A DNA stretch of 64,000 nt, taken from the NCBI GenBank assembly GCA_021790115.1, contig JAJYIM010000001.1, forward strand, positions 23,543 to 87,542, read 5' to 3'. The notes beneath the pieces are model-generated. The model searched no databases. It saw nothing but the letters and a program-made list of their open reading frames with translations, and was not told the origin of the DNA. The DNA comes from Actinomycetes bacterium (GTDB taxonomy: Bacteria; Actinomycetota; Thermoleophilia; BMS3ABIN01). Position numbers and translations under genes: made by a program. Position 1 is the first letter of the stretch. Every line of letters begins with the position of its first letter. Below are positions 9,119-18,716 of the stretch, one piece after another.

Positions 9119-9874
9119 TTAGTTTCCCAAAAACTGCAGGTGGCTGAGCGGCCAGTAAACGATCTCGGCGCGGCCAATAACATTATCGATGGGGACAAAT
9201 CCCCAGCGGTGGCTGTCGTAGCTTTCGTCGCGGTTATCGCCCAGGACAAACAGCTGCCCGGCAGGCACCGTCTCCTGCGGCATGGTGTAATCCGTCTGGC
9301 GGGCATTGGGAACAACAAAGGGCTTGCCGTTCACCAGCACCTGGCCATGCTTGATCTCAACCGTGTCGCCGGGAATGCCGATCACCCGCTTGACAAACGG
9401 CGTGTCCTGATGAAGATCGGCGGGCGGATTAAAGACGATGACATCGCCGCGGTGGATCGAGCGGAAATGGTAAATCAGGCGGTCGGCAAGGATGCGGTCG
9501 TTATCCTGGATGGTAGGCTTCATCGAGCCCGTCGGGATCTGGTAGGGCTTGGCGACGGTAGCCTGGAAGATCATGGCCACGCCAAAGGCGACCGCCAGCG
9601 GGATCACCAGGTCGCGAAGCAGCCAGCGCAGGGGGCTGCGTTTCTTCCTCGGAAGCGCCTCTGCCTCCTGCTCCGCCGGGAAGGCGGCCTCGGCGGGCTC
9701 GGGGCCGGGCTCCTCTGCAGGCCGGTCGTTGTCCCAGCTCCAGTTATCAGGCGGGGGCGTTATCCAGCCGCTGCCTTCGGAAGGCTCGCCAAACCAGTCC
9801 GGCCCGGGCCGCTGCTGGGGAGCAGCCCCAGGGGTTTCATTTCTGTCGCCTGATTCCGGCATGGGCTTTGACAT
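9119..9874 (-). CDS. lepB: signal peptidase I with a ~90-aa Pro/acidic N-terminal extension
   Basis: PTGSMKPTIQDNDRILADRLIY...GDVIVFNPP...VKRVIGIPGDTVE... GDNRDESYDSHRWGFV are the S26 signal peptidase boxes B-E. The N-terminal 90 aa are low-complexity (PGPEPAE...). Confidence 0.8.
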   Translation of the reverse strand: MSKPMPESGDRNETPGAAPQQRPGPDWFGEPSEGSGWITPPPDNWSWDNDRPAEEPGPEPAEAAFPAEQEAEALPRKKRSPLRWLLRDLVIPLAVAFGVAMIFQATVAKPYQIPTGSMKPTIQDNDRILADRLIYHFRSIHRGDVIVFNPPADLHQDTPFVKRVIGIPGDTVEIKHGQVLVNGKPFVVPNARQTDYTMPQETVPAGQLFVLGDNRDESYDSHRWGFVPIDNVIGRAEIVYWPLSHLQFLGN

Positions 9875-9924
9875 TCCTTTCCCGATTAAACGGTCTGCCG
9901 CGCCTGAAGGGCGCTCCGCCGCCC

Positions 9925-9996
9925 TAAAAACCTATCTCAAAAGCATATTCTGCTGCGGCCGGCCTCGCTGCGAACAGCCTTTTGAGATAGATTCTA
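9925..9996. repeat. TIR hairpin element (family 2, MITE-like), copy A, inverted orientation
   Basis: CCTATCTCAAAAGCATATTCTGCTGCGGCCGGCCTCGCTGCGAACAGCCTTTTGAGATAGATTCTA. The termini CTATCTCAAAAG and CTTTTGAGATAG pair perfectly. The reverse complement matches copies at 42876 and 22997. Confidence 0.65.
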
Positions 9997-10067
9997 AAAA
10001 CAAGGCAGCGGCAAATTCTTTATTAAATTAGTCGGTGCACTGCTAAAACCATCTTAGCTTTTTTCCA

Positions 10068-10160
10068 GCAGCGCCACAAAACCCCAAAACCGGATGATGG
10101 ATATTGGGTTGGTTTTGGGTTATCCAATGTCCAAAATCCAGCATCCAGCATCCGCTTTTC
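10068..10160. repeat. heptamer-repeat intergenic element (family 1) copy
   Basis: The minus strand, directly after the stop of the ASKHA gene, reads TAG-AAAAGCGGATGCTGGATGCTGGATTTTGGACATTGGATAACCCAAAACCAACCC... Confidence 0.55.
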
Positions 10161-11407
10161 TATATCTCCATCAGGCGGATAAACTCATCCTGAAACACCT
10201 TGTTTAAAGGCAGGGGGATGTGATGGATTTTGGCCCGCACTTCCTCAAGGTCAAGGCCGGCGCGGCGCTTCTGCGTCAGCATCAGGACGGCGCCCTGGCA
10301 GGCCGCGTCGGCAGCCACCTCGATGCGGTCGTCGGGCAGGTCAGGAAACATCTTCAGTAGGCGCGCATTATCGAGGTTGATATAACTTCCAAACGTGCCG
10401 GTAATCAGCATCCGTCCCAGCTCCTTCGCCCCCAGCTTCTTTTGTAACACCGAGATGGCGGCGTGAACCGAGGCTTTCACCAGCTGAAAGGAACGGATGT
10501 CGCGCTGGCCAACCGTGACCGGGTCTTCCCCGCCGGCAATCACCACCGGACCTTCTTTCAGCAGCCGGCCGCTGTTATCCACCCAGCCATGCCTCCTCAT
10601 CTCTGCAATAATGTCAATGAGGCCTGAGCCGCAGATGCCCTTTGCCTCACCGCCGCCCACGACCTCGTAAACAAACTTTTCCCCGTCAAGCCGGGCCTGG
10701 CAAACGGCGCCAGCCGTCGCCGAGAGCCCGAAAGACATGTGCGCGTCCTCGTAGGCAGGGCCGGCGGGAGTAGAGGCCACCAGTATCTTGCCGCGGCTGC
10801 CCAGCGCGATCTCGCAATTAGTGCCGACGTCCACCGCCAGCTCTGTTTCATCGCTGTGCGCCATCCCCACCATCAGAATATCGGCCAGAGCATCAGAGCC
10901 CACAAACCCAAAAATGGGGCGGGGCACCAGCAGGCTTGCCTTGGGGGCGGCAATGCCGAGCTTGCCAGCGGGGCCGAAGTAGTCCCGGGCGCCCTTAAGA
11001 TTGTAAGGCGAGCCGCAAAGCGGCGCCGGGTCCAGGTCGAGCAAGAAAGCAAACATGGCAGAGTTTCCCACGGCGGCAATATTACAAATATCCGCAACGT
11101 CAATGCCGGCTGCCCGGCTGAGCTGATCTAATGAATCGTTGATAGCATCGATGAGCTGGCGGTGGAGGCGCGTCCTGATGGCAGGCTGCTCGGCGGCCAG
11201 TCCCACGCGGCTGGCGATGTCGGCGCCGTATTCCTGCTGGGGATTAGCGAGCACCCGGGTGCCGAGTGCGCTGCCGTCAGCCAGCCTGACAAGGCGCGAC
11301 CAGATGCTGGAAGTGCCGACATCGATAGCGGCTCCGTAAGCGGAAGCGCCAGCGCCCGCGTCGGGAGTTTTGTTGTTATTTGTGGCATTGGAATCGTGAC
11401 CGTTCAT
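10160..11407 (-). CDS. ASKHA-fold ATPase, DUF4445/RACo C-terminal-like (candidate corrinoid reductive activase)
   Basis: AIDVGTSS (phosphate-1), DVGTNCEIALG (phosphate-2) and ICGSGLIDIIAEM resemble the ASKHA domain of RACo-type activators. ATG at 11407 is internal to the track ORF (codon 68); the upstream 67 codons are unlike any family. No ferredoxin domain. Confidence 0.55.
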   Translation of the reverse strand: MNGHDSNATNNNKTPDAGAGASAYGAAIDVGTSSIWSRLVRLADGSALGTRVLANPQQEYGADIASRVGLAAEQPAIRTRLHRQLIDAINDSLDQLSRAAGIDVADICNIAAVGNSAMFAFLLDLDPAPLCGSPYNLKGARDYFGPAGKLGIAAPKASLLVPRPIFGFVGSDALADILMVGMAHSDETELAVDVGTNCEIALGSRGKILVASTPAGPAYEDAHMSFGLSATAGAVCQARLDGEKFVYEVVGGGEAKGICGSGLIDIIAEMRRHGWVDNSGRLLKEGPVVIAGGEDPVTVGQRDIRSFQLVKASVHAAISVLQKKLGAKELGRMLITGTFGSYINLDNARLLKMFPDLPDDRIEVAADAACQGAVLMLTQKRRAGLDLEEVRAKIHHIPLPLNKVFQDEFIRLMEI

Positions 11408-11477
11408 GAAAACCGGGAAAACGTGGGGAAAAACATCCGCAAAAAACCGGGCCGGCCGGCACACCCTGCGCCTTGTC

Positions 11478-11499
11478 CCAATATACATATTGGGACAGG
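11478..11499. promoter_or_regulatory. perfect 10-bp inverted repeat GTCCCAATAT-AC-ATATTGGGAC (candidate operator)
   Basis: Seen directly in the 415-nt divergent intergenic region between the ASKHA gene (start 11407) and the B12-rSAM gene (start 11822). Confidence 0.4.
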
Positions 11500-11821
11500 C
11501 TCTTAGCGTAGCAGAAATGTGGCAGGCAAACAATCGGGACCGGAGCGCCGGTTTTTGTGGCTGCCGGCGCCCGGAAAAACCGGGCGCTGCCTGACAGCGT
11601 GGAAACAATTACAGCCCTTTGCTACACTTAAATTGAAAAGCGGTGGGAATTTGGTGTGGGGAACTGCAACGTCTCTGGAGGAGCTTTCACTTCCTCTTGC
11701 TTCACTCCTGCGGCATGCTAAGAGCCTGTCCCAGAAAGCTGTTCGTATCGAGGCCGGCCGCAGCAGAATAAGCTTACCGGGATAAGCTCCATGCCCGCAT
11801 CCTGATGAGGAGAAGGCCAGT

Positions 11822-13288
11822 TTGAAATCCATGGTTATCCTGCCGTCCTGGAAGCCCGATGATATTTATCCCTCCCGGGTCGCCAGGTCGGCAGTCAGCT
11901 ACCAGCATCCGCTGGGGCTGCTTTACATTGCTACCTGCATCCAGGCCGCCGGCCATGAAGTCAGGCTGGTGGACGGCGCTTTCTGGACCAATGCGGAGAT
12001 CCTCGGCCGGGTGCGCCGGTTTGAGCCCCGGTTCATTGGCCTTTCCGCCAACGCTTCCATGTGGAGCAAAGCAGTGAAAACCGCCGTTGATATCAAAGCC
12101 ATCAACCCCTCCATTCATGTGACTGCCGCCGGCCCCTACCCGTCTGCCGTGGAGGAGCAGTGCCTGGCGGATTGCCCTGCTCTGGATTCAATAGTCATCG
12201 GCGAGGGCGAAGAGACCGTCCCGGAAATGATTGACAAGTTGACGAATGGCCATAACCTTGAAGGGGTGGCGGGGACCGCCTTCCGCGCCCGGGACGGCGC
12301 CATTGTCAAAAACGATCCCCGGCCGCTGATCGAGGACCTGGACGCCATCCCCATCCCGCGGCGGGAGTTGCTGGGGGATTTTGACAAATACGAGTCGCCG
12401 CCGGGCAGCTACAAGCGCAAGCCGATCGCCATCGTCATGACCTCGCGCGGCTGCAAGGCCCGCTGTATTTACTGTTTCCAGATGAAGGGCGAACACCGTA
12501 TCCGCTTCCGCAGCGTTGATAACGTGGTCGAGGAAGTAGAGGAGCTGATAAACCGCTACGGCTTCCGGGAGATCAGGTTCCTGGATGAGACTTTCACAGC
12601 CGACCGGGAGCGGGCGATGGAGCTGATGCGCCGTTTCCGGGAGCTTCGGCTCGATTTCAGTTTTTATGTATCGTCCCGCGTGAACACTGTTGACTTTGAG
12701 CTGCTCCGTGAGATGAAGAAAGCCGGCTGCTGGGCCATCCTTTTTGGCGCTGAAAGCGGCGTCCAGAAAAACCTGAACACGCTGCGCAAGGGCGTGACGC
12801 TGGACCAGACGCGGGCCGCGGTGGCGGCGGCAAAAAAGGCGGGGCTCAAGGTCTATACGCCCTTTATCATCGGCATCCCCGACGAGACCTATGACGAAGC
12901 TTTAAAAACGGTCGAGTTCGCCATCGAGCTTAATCCGCATTACGCCAACTTTCACACTATGGCGCCATTCCCCGGGACCGAGCTTTACGATAATATTGAC
13001 AAATACGGCACAATGTCAGCAAATACCGATGACTACACATTCGAAGGTGGAGCGTTCGAGCCCTACTCGATGACGCGCGCGCAGATCGAAGACGTGCGCA
13101 CCATCGCCTTCCGCCGCTTTTATTCACGCCCCGGATTTATCGTCAGGCGGCTGCTGGGCGTGCGCAGCATCTATGATTTCAGGACGGTAGTCAAGGGCGC
13201 AGCCAGCTTCTTCTGGCTTTGGGTCAAGCGGGACAGCCTCTCGATGAAGCCGGTCGAACAAGACCATAAAAATCAGCCGGCGGGATGA
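11822..13288 (+). CDS. B12-binding domain radical SAM protein (class B)
   Basis: N-terminal Rossmann-like B12-binding region (LLYIATCIQAAGHEVRLVDG...), then CKARCIYC (CxxxCxxC) and an rSAM core. 488 aa. Confidence 0.8.
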   Translation: MKSMVILPSWKPDDIYPSRVARSAVSYQHPLGLLYIATCIQAAGHEVRLVDGAFWTNAEILGRVRRFEPRFIGLSANASMWSKAVKTAVDIKAINPSIHVTAAGPYPSAVEEQCLADCPALDSIVIGEGEETVPEMIDKLTNGHNLEGVAGTAFRARDGAIVKNDPRPLIEDLDAIPIPRRELLGDFDKYESPPGSYKRKPIAIVMTSRGCKARCIYCFQMKGEHRIRFRSVDNVVEEVEELINRYGFREIRFLDETFTADRERAMELMRRFRELRLDFSFYVSSRVNTVDFELLREMKKAGCWAILFGAESGVQKNLNTLRKGVTLDQTRAAVAAAKKAGLKVYTPFIIGIPDETYDEALKTVEFAIELNPHYANFHTMAPFPGTELYDNIDKYGTMSANTDDYTFEGGAFEPYSMTRAQIEDVRTIAFRRFYSRPGFIVRRLLGVRSIYDFRTVVKGAASFFWLWVKRDSLSMKPVEQDHKNQPAG

Positions 13289-13297
13289 GCGCGCGCG

Positions 13298-14335
13298 ATG
13301 AGCAAACCTGATTCCTCCTCAACGATGGTCTCGGTGGTTATCCCTGTCTACAACAAGGCAGAAACCATCGGCCCTGTCCTCGAAGCAGTCTACAACTCAA
13401 GCTACCGGAATTTTGAGGTGATTGTGGTCAACGACTGCTCCACCGACAACTGCATGGAAGTGCTGCAGGGCTTCACCGGCAAGTACCCCCACCGGCTTGT
13501 CGCCTTAAAAGAAAACATGGGGGTATCCAAGGCGCGCAATACCGGAGCCCAAAAGGCAAAGGGTGAGATCATCCTTTTTATCGACGCTGATTGCATTATC
13601 ATGCCCGACACAATGGCGCGCTGTGTTGAAAGGCTGGGCCAAGGCGGCAGCTGCGTTGGCGGCGCCTACACCAAGGACGCCTGGGACAAGGACTTCTTCA
13701 GCAACTTTCAGTCCCTTTACATCAACTATGTTGAAACCAAAAATGAGCACCCTGACTACATCGCCACCCACTGCATGGCGATCCGCAAGGATCTTTTCCA
13801 GCAATTTGGCGGTTTTGTCGAGAATTCATTTATCGGCCACCAGGCCAGCGTTGAGGATGTCGAGTTCTCGCACCGGCTGGTCGGAGCCGGCCACCAACTG
13901 CTGCGTCCCGCCGACATCCAGGTCCGGCACATGTTTGGCTTCAACTCTGCCAAGTCCATCAGGAATGCCATTAAGAAAAGCAAGTATTGGACCATGTACT
14001 CGTTAAAGAACCGCGATGTGATGCAGGACTCCGGCGCCGCCTCGCATGAGCTGAAAGCCAACGTCGCCACGCAGGTGTTAAATCTGGTCCTGGTGATGCT
14101 GGCGCTGGCGTTTCGGTTTTGGTGGCTGCTTTTGCCCATTCCCTTCTTCTATGGCGTCAACGTCGCCGTCAGCTTCCGGCTGTTTAGGTTGATCAAGCGG
14201 GAGCGCGGCTGGTGGTTTCTGGTCCGCTCGCTGGGCTACTATCAGTTCGTCTATCCCTTTGCCGTCGCTTACGGATCATTTGTTGGCACGCTAAAATATG
14301 TGTGGGAAGTGAAGATTCTGCATCGGTACGCTTGA
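13298..14335 (+). CDS. family 2 glycosyltransferase with C-terminal TM helices (polyprenyl-phosphate sugar synthase-like)
   Basis: VSVVIPVYNKAETIGPVLEAV...VIVVNDCSTDN...IDAD is a GT2 DxD. The C-terminal 90 aa contain 2-3 hydrophobic helices, as in DPM1/GtrB/ArnC-type enzymes. Confidence 0.75.
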   Translation: MSKPDSSSTMVSVVIPVYNKAETIGPVLEAVYNSSYRNFEVIVVNDCSTDNCMEVLQGFTGKYPHRLVALKENMGVSKARNTGAQKAKGEIILFIDADCIIMPDTMARCVERLGQGGSCVGGAYTKDAWDKDFFSNFQSLYINYVETKNEHPDYIATHCMAIRKDLFQQFGGFVENSFIGHQASVEDVEFSHRLVGAGHQLLRPADIQVRHMFGFNSAKSIRNAIKKSKYWTMYSLKNRDVMQDSGAASHELKANVATQVLNLVLVMLALAFRFWWLLLPIPFFYGVNVAVSFRLFRLIKRERGWWFLVRSLGYYQFVYPFAVAYGSFVGTLKYVWEVKILHRYA

Positions 14336-14339
14336 ACAC

Positions 14340-14435
14340 CGGTTTCGGGTTGCGGGTTTCCCTGTTAACTAATACTCAGCCCGGTTCAAAACCTAAACCT
14401 GGTGTGTGAAAACCCGAAACCCGCAACCCGCAACT
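14340..14435. repeat. heptamer-repeat hairpin (GGTTTCG GGTTGCG GGTTTCC ... AAACCCG AAACCCG CAACCCG)
   Basis: Tandem 7-nt units, with an inverted copy 45 nt downstream, between the GT2 stop and the rSAM start. Confidence 0.5.
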
Positions 14436-14453
14436 TTGTATTAAGTTTTAATA

Positions 14454-15539
14454 ATGTACTCACCAATAAAATACATCCCCGCCGTATTCCTGAAGAACAG
14501 GCTGCTGCAGTTTACGTTCTTCATCACCTCGCGCTGCAACGCGCGCTGCCCATTTTGTTTTTACTGGCAGGACCGGCATAGCCGCCGCCGTGAGCTTGAC
14601 CTGGACGAAATTGAGAAAACAAGCCGCTCGCTGGGCGGGCTGCTGTGGCTGCTTTTCTCCGGCGGGGAGGTATTCCTCCGCCAGGACCTGGCTGACATCG
14701 TCGCTGCCTTTTACCGCAATAACCGTCCGGTAATCATCACGCTGCCCACCAATGGGCTGGCGCCGGACCTGATCATTCCCCAGGCTGAAGAAATCGCCGC
14801 CGGCTCGCCCAACAGCGCCGTTGTGATTAAAGTGTCGCTCGACGGCGTCGGCGCGGACCACGACCGCATCCGCAACACCCCCGGCAATTTTGACAAAGCG
14901 ATGGAAACCTGGGAGGGGCTGCGGCCGCTGCGGCGGCGGCACCAAAACCTGCAGATAGGCATCAACACTGTCTTCATGCGGGAAAATCAGGACAACTTGG
15001 ACGAAATAATTGATTTTGTCAACGAGCTGCCGGACTGCGAGACCCACACCATCTCCCTGATTCGCGGCAACCCGGCCGGCGATAACGGCAAAGGCATTGA
15101 CCTGGGAAAGTATCTGCGAACAGTAGAGCGGCTGGAGCAGGACTTGAAAGGCCACCGGCCCAAGATGTACCATTTCACTCTGGCGCGGTTAAAATCCGCC
15201 CAGGATTTGATCCAACGGCAACTGATTTACGAGACCGTCCGCCAGGGAAGGCGGCAGCTTCCCTGCTATGCCGGCCGCATCACAGCCGTGATGAATGAGG
15301 TGGGGGACGTCTTTCCGTGTGAGATTCTCGACTGCCCGATGGGAAACGTGCGCGATAGCGGCTATGATTTAATGAAAGTGTTTAGCTCTGCGGCGGCCGA
15401 CTCCGTCAGGGCGAAAATCAACAGTTCCAGATGCTACTGTTCACACGAGTGCTATTTCGTCACAAACATTCTTTTCAATCCAATGATGTATGGACGGCTG
15501 ATCAAACAGTTCGCGGCGCTGAGGCAGCCGGGCCGGTAA
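14454..15539 (+). CDS. radical SAM/SPASM domain protein
   Basis: CNARCPFC (CxxxCxxC) near the N-terminus and a GGE motif. The C-terminal Cys cluster (LPCYAG...VFPCE...CPMGN...SSRCYCSHECYF) is SPASM/twitch-like. 361 aa. Confidence 0.8.
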   Translation: MYSPIKYIPAVFLKNRLLQFTFFITSRCNARCPFCFYWQDRHSRRRELDLDEIEKTSRSLGGLLWLLFSGGEVFLRQDLADIVAAFYRNNRPVIITLPTNGLAPDLIIPQAEEIAAGSPNSAVVIKVSLDGVGADHDRIRNTPGNFDKAMETWEGLRPLRRRHQNLQIGINTVFMRENQDNLDEIIDFVNELPDCETHTISLIRGNPAGDNGKGIDLGKYLRTVERLEQDLKGHRPKMYHFTLARLKSAQDLIQRQLIYETVRQGRRQLPCYAGRITAVMNEVGDVFPCEILDCPMGNVRDSGYDLMKVFSSAAADSVRAKINSSRCYCSHECYFVTNILFNPMMYGRLIKQFAALRQPGR

Positions 15540-17221
15540 GCACGGAGGAGCCGCCTGCGCCCCGCGTTATCCAGACCGGCGGCCCTTCCCGCAAAGCGCT
15601 TGCCGCCAGCCTCGCCGCCATCTTTCTGCTCGTGCTGGCTGTCGCCATTCCCTTTTTGGGGCAGGCGCTCCACATCGACGACGCGATTTTCTGGGACTTT
15701 GCCAGCAATAACATTTCTCACCCATTTCAGCAGCATCTTTCCAATTACCCGCTGATGGGCCAGGAAGTGGGGGCGTTCCGGGACACGCACCCTCCTTTTG
15801 ATGAGCTTTACATTTCCGTCATTATGCTGGCAGCCGGCACCACCGCGCCGGAGGCTTTTTTCCATGCCGGATTTATAATTTTCCCGCTGATCGCGGGCGT
15901 TTCCATGTTCTTTCTTGCCCGCCGCTTTACCAAAAGTGCCCTGCTGGCAGCCCTGTTGCTGCTGTCCACGCCGGCAGTGATGGTGCTTTCCCATACCTTA
16001 ATGGGAGATCTGCCAATGACTGCCTTTTGGCTGGCGGCGACCGCCGCCTACATCTACGGGGCTGACCGGGGCAGCCGGCCGCTGCTTGCCCTGTCAAGCT
16101 TACTGATTACCCTGGCGGTTTTTACCGGCTACCAGGCTCTGGCCCTGATCTTGCTGCTGCCGGCATACTGGTGGCTAAAAGCAGGCCGGTTGAGATGGAT
16201 GGCAGTCCTGCCTGTTCTTTTGCCGGCGCTTGCTTTTGCTGCCTACATATGGTTTAACCTGGCCAAGTACGGCGCGCTGCCGCGTTTCTCGCATGCGCAG
16301 GGACTTAGCGTTCAGGAAAACAACTTGATCTCGCGCTTCCAGGGGATGTTCCTGGAGTTGGGCGGCGCATCGGTCTTTCCGCCTTTTTTGGCGGCTGGTT
16401 TTATGCTGCGCCGCAAACGGTACCTGGCGCTGCCGGCCGTGGCGGCCGGCGCAGCGCTGCTTGGCTGGCGCCAGCTCTCGCCGGGTTACCCGCCTGCCAG
16501 CGCCGTCCTGCTGGCTATATTTTTCTTCGCGGGCGCCTGCATGATAACCGGGATAGTTTCCGAGGGGCTGATCCAGATAGCAAACCGGTTCAGGCGCCTA
16601 CCGCTGGACCGTGACTTTTTGTTCCTCGCCCTCTGGCTGGGCTCGATTCTGGCGGCCGTCGTCGGCCTTTTGCCGGATGCCACCGTCCGGTACTACCTTC
16701 CCGTCTTCGCCCCGCTGATTATATTGATGTTCCGGGAGGCAGATGCTGCCCTTTCTTCGCGGCGGCTGCTGCAGGGGCTGGCGGTCGCCGCAATCGGGAC
16801 GTCATTTATCACGGGCCTATGGCTGTCGATGGCCGATTACCAGCTGGCCCAGGCATATAAGGATTTTGTCCTGTCGGTCCAGTCCCGTTATCATCCCGGA
16901 GGCGCCGTCTGGTTTGTGGGCGAGTGGGGCTTTCGCCACTATATGGAACTCGAGGGGTACCGGTACCTTACTTCAGACAGCACCGAGCCTCGAAAAGGCG
17001 ATCTGATAATCGAACCCAGTTACATGCAGCGGCCCGTGGCGCCTTCGCTGTGCAAACGCATGCAGCTGGTGGATGCTCCGGCGGCCACATGGGCAGTGCC
17101 GGTGCGGGTCATGAGCGTGGCGGCGGACGCCGGCTTTTACGGCACTTACTGGGGGCGGCTGCCCTTTACCATCACCACGCAGCCGCTGGAGCGTTTTGAC
17201 GTATACGCAGTAAACAGTTAG
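15431..17221 (+). CDS. polytopic membrane protein, GT-C (ArnT/PMT-like, GT39/83) glycosyltransferase candidate; start uncertain
   Basis: More than 10 predicted TM helices, with a first-loop HIDDAIFWDF motif reminiscent of GT-C DxD/ExD enzymes. ATG 15431 overlaps the preceding gene by 109 nt. A GGAGGAG lies at 15544-15550, but no canonical start follows it. Confidence 0.5.
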   Translation: MLLFTRVLFRHKHSFQSNDVWTADQTVRGAEAAGPVSTEEPPAPRVIQTGGPSRKALAASLAAIFLLVLAVAIPFLGQALHIDDAIFWDFASNNISHPFQQHLSNYPLMGQEVGAFRDTHPPFDELYISVIMLAAGTTAPEAFFHAGFIIFPLIAGVSMFFLARRFTKSALLAALLLLSTPAVMVLSHTLMGDLPMTAFWLAATAAYIYGADRGSRPLLALSSLLITLAVFTGYQALALILLLPAYWWLKAGRLRWMAVLPVLLPALAFAAYIWFNLAKYGALPRFSHAQGLSVQENNLISRFQGMFLELGGASVFPPFLAAGFMLRRKRYLALPAVAAGAALLGWRQLSPGYPPASAVLLAIFFFAGACMITGIVSEGLIQIANRFRRLPLDRDFLFLALWLGSILAAVVGLLPDATVRYYLPVFAPLIILMFREADAALSSRRLLQGLAVAAIGTSFITGLWLSMADYQLAQAYKDFVLSVQSRYHPGGAVWFVGEWGFRHYMELEGYRYLTSDSTEPRKGDLIIEPSYMQRPVAPSLCKRMQLVDAPAATWAVPVRVMSVAADAGFYGTYWGRLPFTITTQPLERFDVYAVNS

Positions 17222-17232
17222 CGCCCTGTTGC

Positions 17233-17251
17233 ACAGGCTAAAAGCCTGTGC
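17233..17251. terminator. terminator-like hairpin CACAGGCT-AAAA-GCCTGTG, part of a 27-nt motif shared with 36421-36447
   Basis: Perfect 8-bp stem between convergent gene ends (17221 and 17274). The identical 27-mer TGCACAGGCTAAAAGCCTGTGCCTACC recurs at 36421. Confidence 0.55.
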
Positions 17252-17273
17252 CTACCAGCCTGTGCCTACCGCA

Positions 17274-18716
17274 TTAACGAACCGCCCGCCGCCGAGCCCT
17301 CAACTTCATCCTGTCCGCGGTCAGCCTCACGAACGCCCGCGTCATGCGGGCATAACGCCTCACATCGTCCGGCCCCTCAATGGAAGCAATCATATTGGCA
17401 AACTGCCTGGGCCGGAAAAAGAAGTTGCTAATCGACCGCCTTTGCATAGCTTGGAGATATTCTTCCGTCAGGCCATTGGGCACGAAGCTAAGATCGCCGC
17501 GCGGATAACCTGTACCCAAATCCAGCCCCTTGTTTACCGTTCCATATCGATCCGCGATCTCGCGGGCCTCTGAACCGGGAGCCAGATACATGACGGCCAT
17601 ATTCATGGAATGCAAAGGCAGCGACTTGGCGAAATCAATTGTCTCCTTGATCGTTTCCGGAGTATCCACCAGATGACCCATAATAAAATACCCGCGGATC
17701 TTGATGCCGGCTTCATCCAGCCACCGGGAGACCCGGATGACAGTTTGTTTGTCCACCGGCTTCCTGATGAACTTCAAAACCTCATCGTTCCCGCTCTCAA
17801 TGCCCACAGATACAAGCCAACAGCCTGCATCTTTCATGGCGCGGATAACCTCCGGATCAAGAGTTTTCAGATTCACGGTCGCCGTCCAGATGATGTCCAG
17901 CTTTCTTTCCTTGATCAACGCGCATATCTTCAGAACCCGCTTCTTGTTTAGCGCGAACGTATCTTCATGAAAGCTGATCTCCCTGGCGTTAAACCTGTTG
18001 ACAACATATTCCATCATATCAACGACGTACTTGGCAGAGTTGGCCCGCCACCGCTTGGTCCAGACTGAGTTGCAGAATATGCATGAAAAGGGACAGCCCC
18101 GGCTGGTGACAAGCGTAATCACCGGGCGGCGCCGGTAAACCAGGAGCTGCGGGTTATAGCCGGCAAGATCGTCAATCAGATGAAAGGCGGGGAACGGCAT
18201 CTCGTCAAGGTTGTCAATATACGGCCGCGGCTCATTTTTTAACATCTTGCCATTTTGGCGGTAATGCAGGCCTCTGACGCTTGTCAGCTCGCCCCCGTTT
18301 TCCAGAGTTTGCACGAGCTCAAGCAGGGTCAGCTCCCCTTCTCCGTCCACAAGATAATCAAAGGAATCGAACTGGGCCAGGTCTTCCGGATAGACAATGA
18401 CATGGGGGCCGCCGGCGACAATGGGAATATCAAATTCCTGCTTCAAATGACGGGCGTTTTCGATCGCCGCGTCTGCGCCAATCGAATAGACGGACAGGCC
18501 GATCAGGCCGGGGCCAAATTCCCTCACCTTGGCGCTTAAACTGTTGTGACTGAGCGGGTATCTGACCGAATCAAGGATCTTGACCGTGTGACCCGCCTGC
18601 TCCAGGACGCTCGCCAGGCACATCAGGCCGTAGGGGGGCAGGTAAGCGCCGATGTCATCCAGGTTGCCATACCGGTTTTCGCCGCTGATGGCGCCGCTTA
18701 TCAGGAGGACCCTCAT
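17274..18716 (-). CDS. B12-binding domain radical SAM protein (class B), second copy
   Basis: N-terminal B12-binding region (YLPPYGLMCLASVLEQAGHTVKILD) and CPFSCIFC (CxxxCxxC). 480 aa. Paralog of the 11822 gene. Confidence 0.8.
   Translation of the reverse strand: MRVLLISGAISGENRYGNLDDIGAYLPPYGLMCLASVLEQAGHTVKILDSVRYPLSHNSLSAKVREFGPGLIGLSVYSIGADAAIENARHLKQEFDIPIVAGGPHVIVYPEDLAQFDSFDYLVDGEGELTLLELVQTLENGGELTSVRGLHYRQNGKMLKNEPRPYIDNLDEMPFPAFHLIDDLAGYNPQLLVYRRRPVITLVTSRGCPFSCIFCNSVWTKRWRANSAKYVVDMMEYVVNRFNAREISFHEDTFALNKKRVLKICALIKERKLDIIWTATVNLKTLDPEVIRAMKDAGCWLVSVGIESGNDEVLKFIRKPVDKQTVIRVSRWLDEAGIKIRGYFIMGHLVDTPETIKETIDFAKSLPLHSMNMAVMYLAPGSEAREIADRYGTVNKGLDLGTGYPRGDLSFVPNGLTEEYLQAMQRRSISNFFFRPRQFANMIASIEGPDDVRRYARMTRAFVRLTADRMKLRARRRAVR

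Noticed and set aside
11407-11822. Possible cobalamin riboswitch upstream of the B12-radical SAM gene (GGTGGGAATTTGGTGTGGGGAAC resembles GGGAA...GGTG elements).
   Set aside because: No B12-box (…GCCACTG…) and no CCCGC-ACTGT core could be found. The resemblance is limited to a few G-rich words.
15540-15575. Alternative start for the GT-C membrane gene just after the GGAGGAG at 15544.
   Set aside because: No ATG/GTG/TTG in frame within 30 nt (only ATC/CTG). The ATG at 15431 is retained with low confidence.
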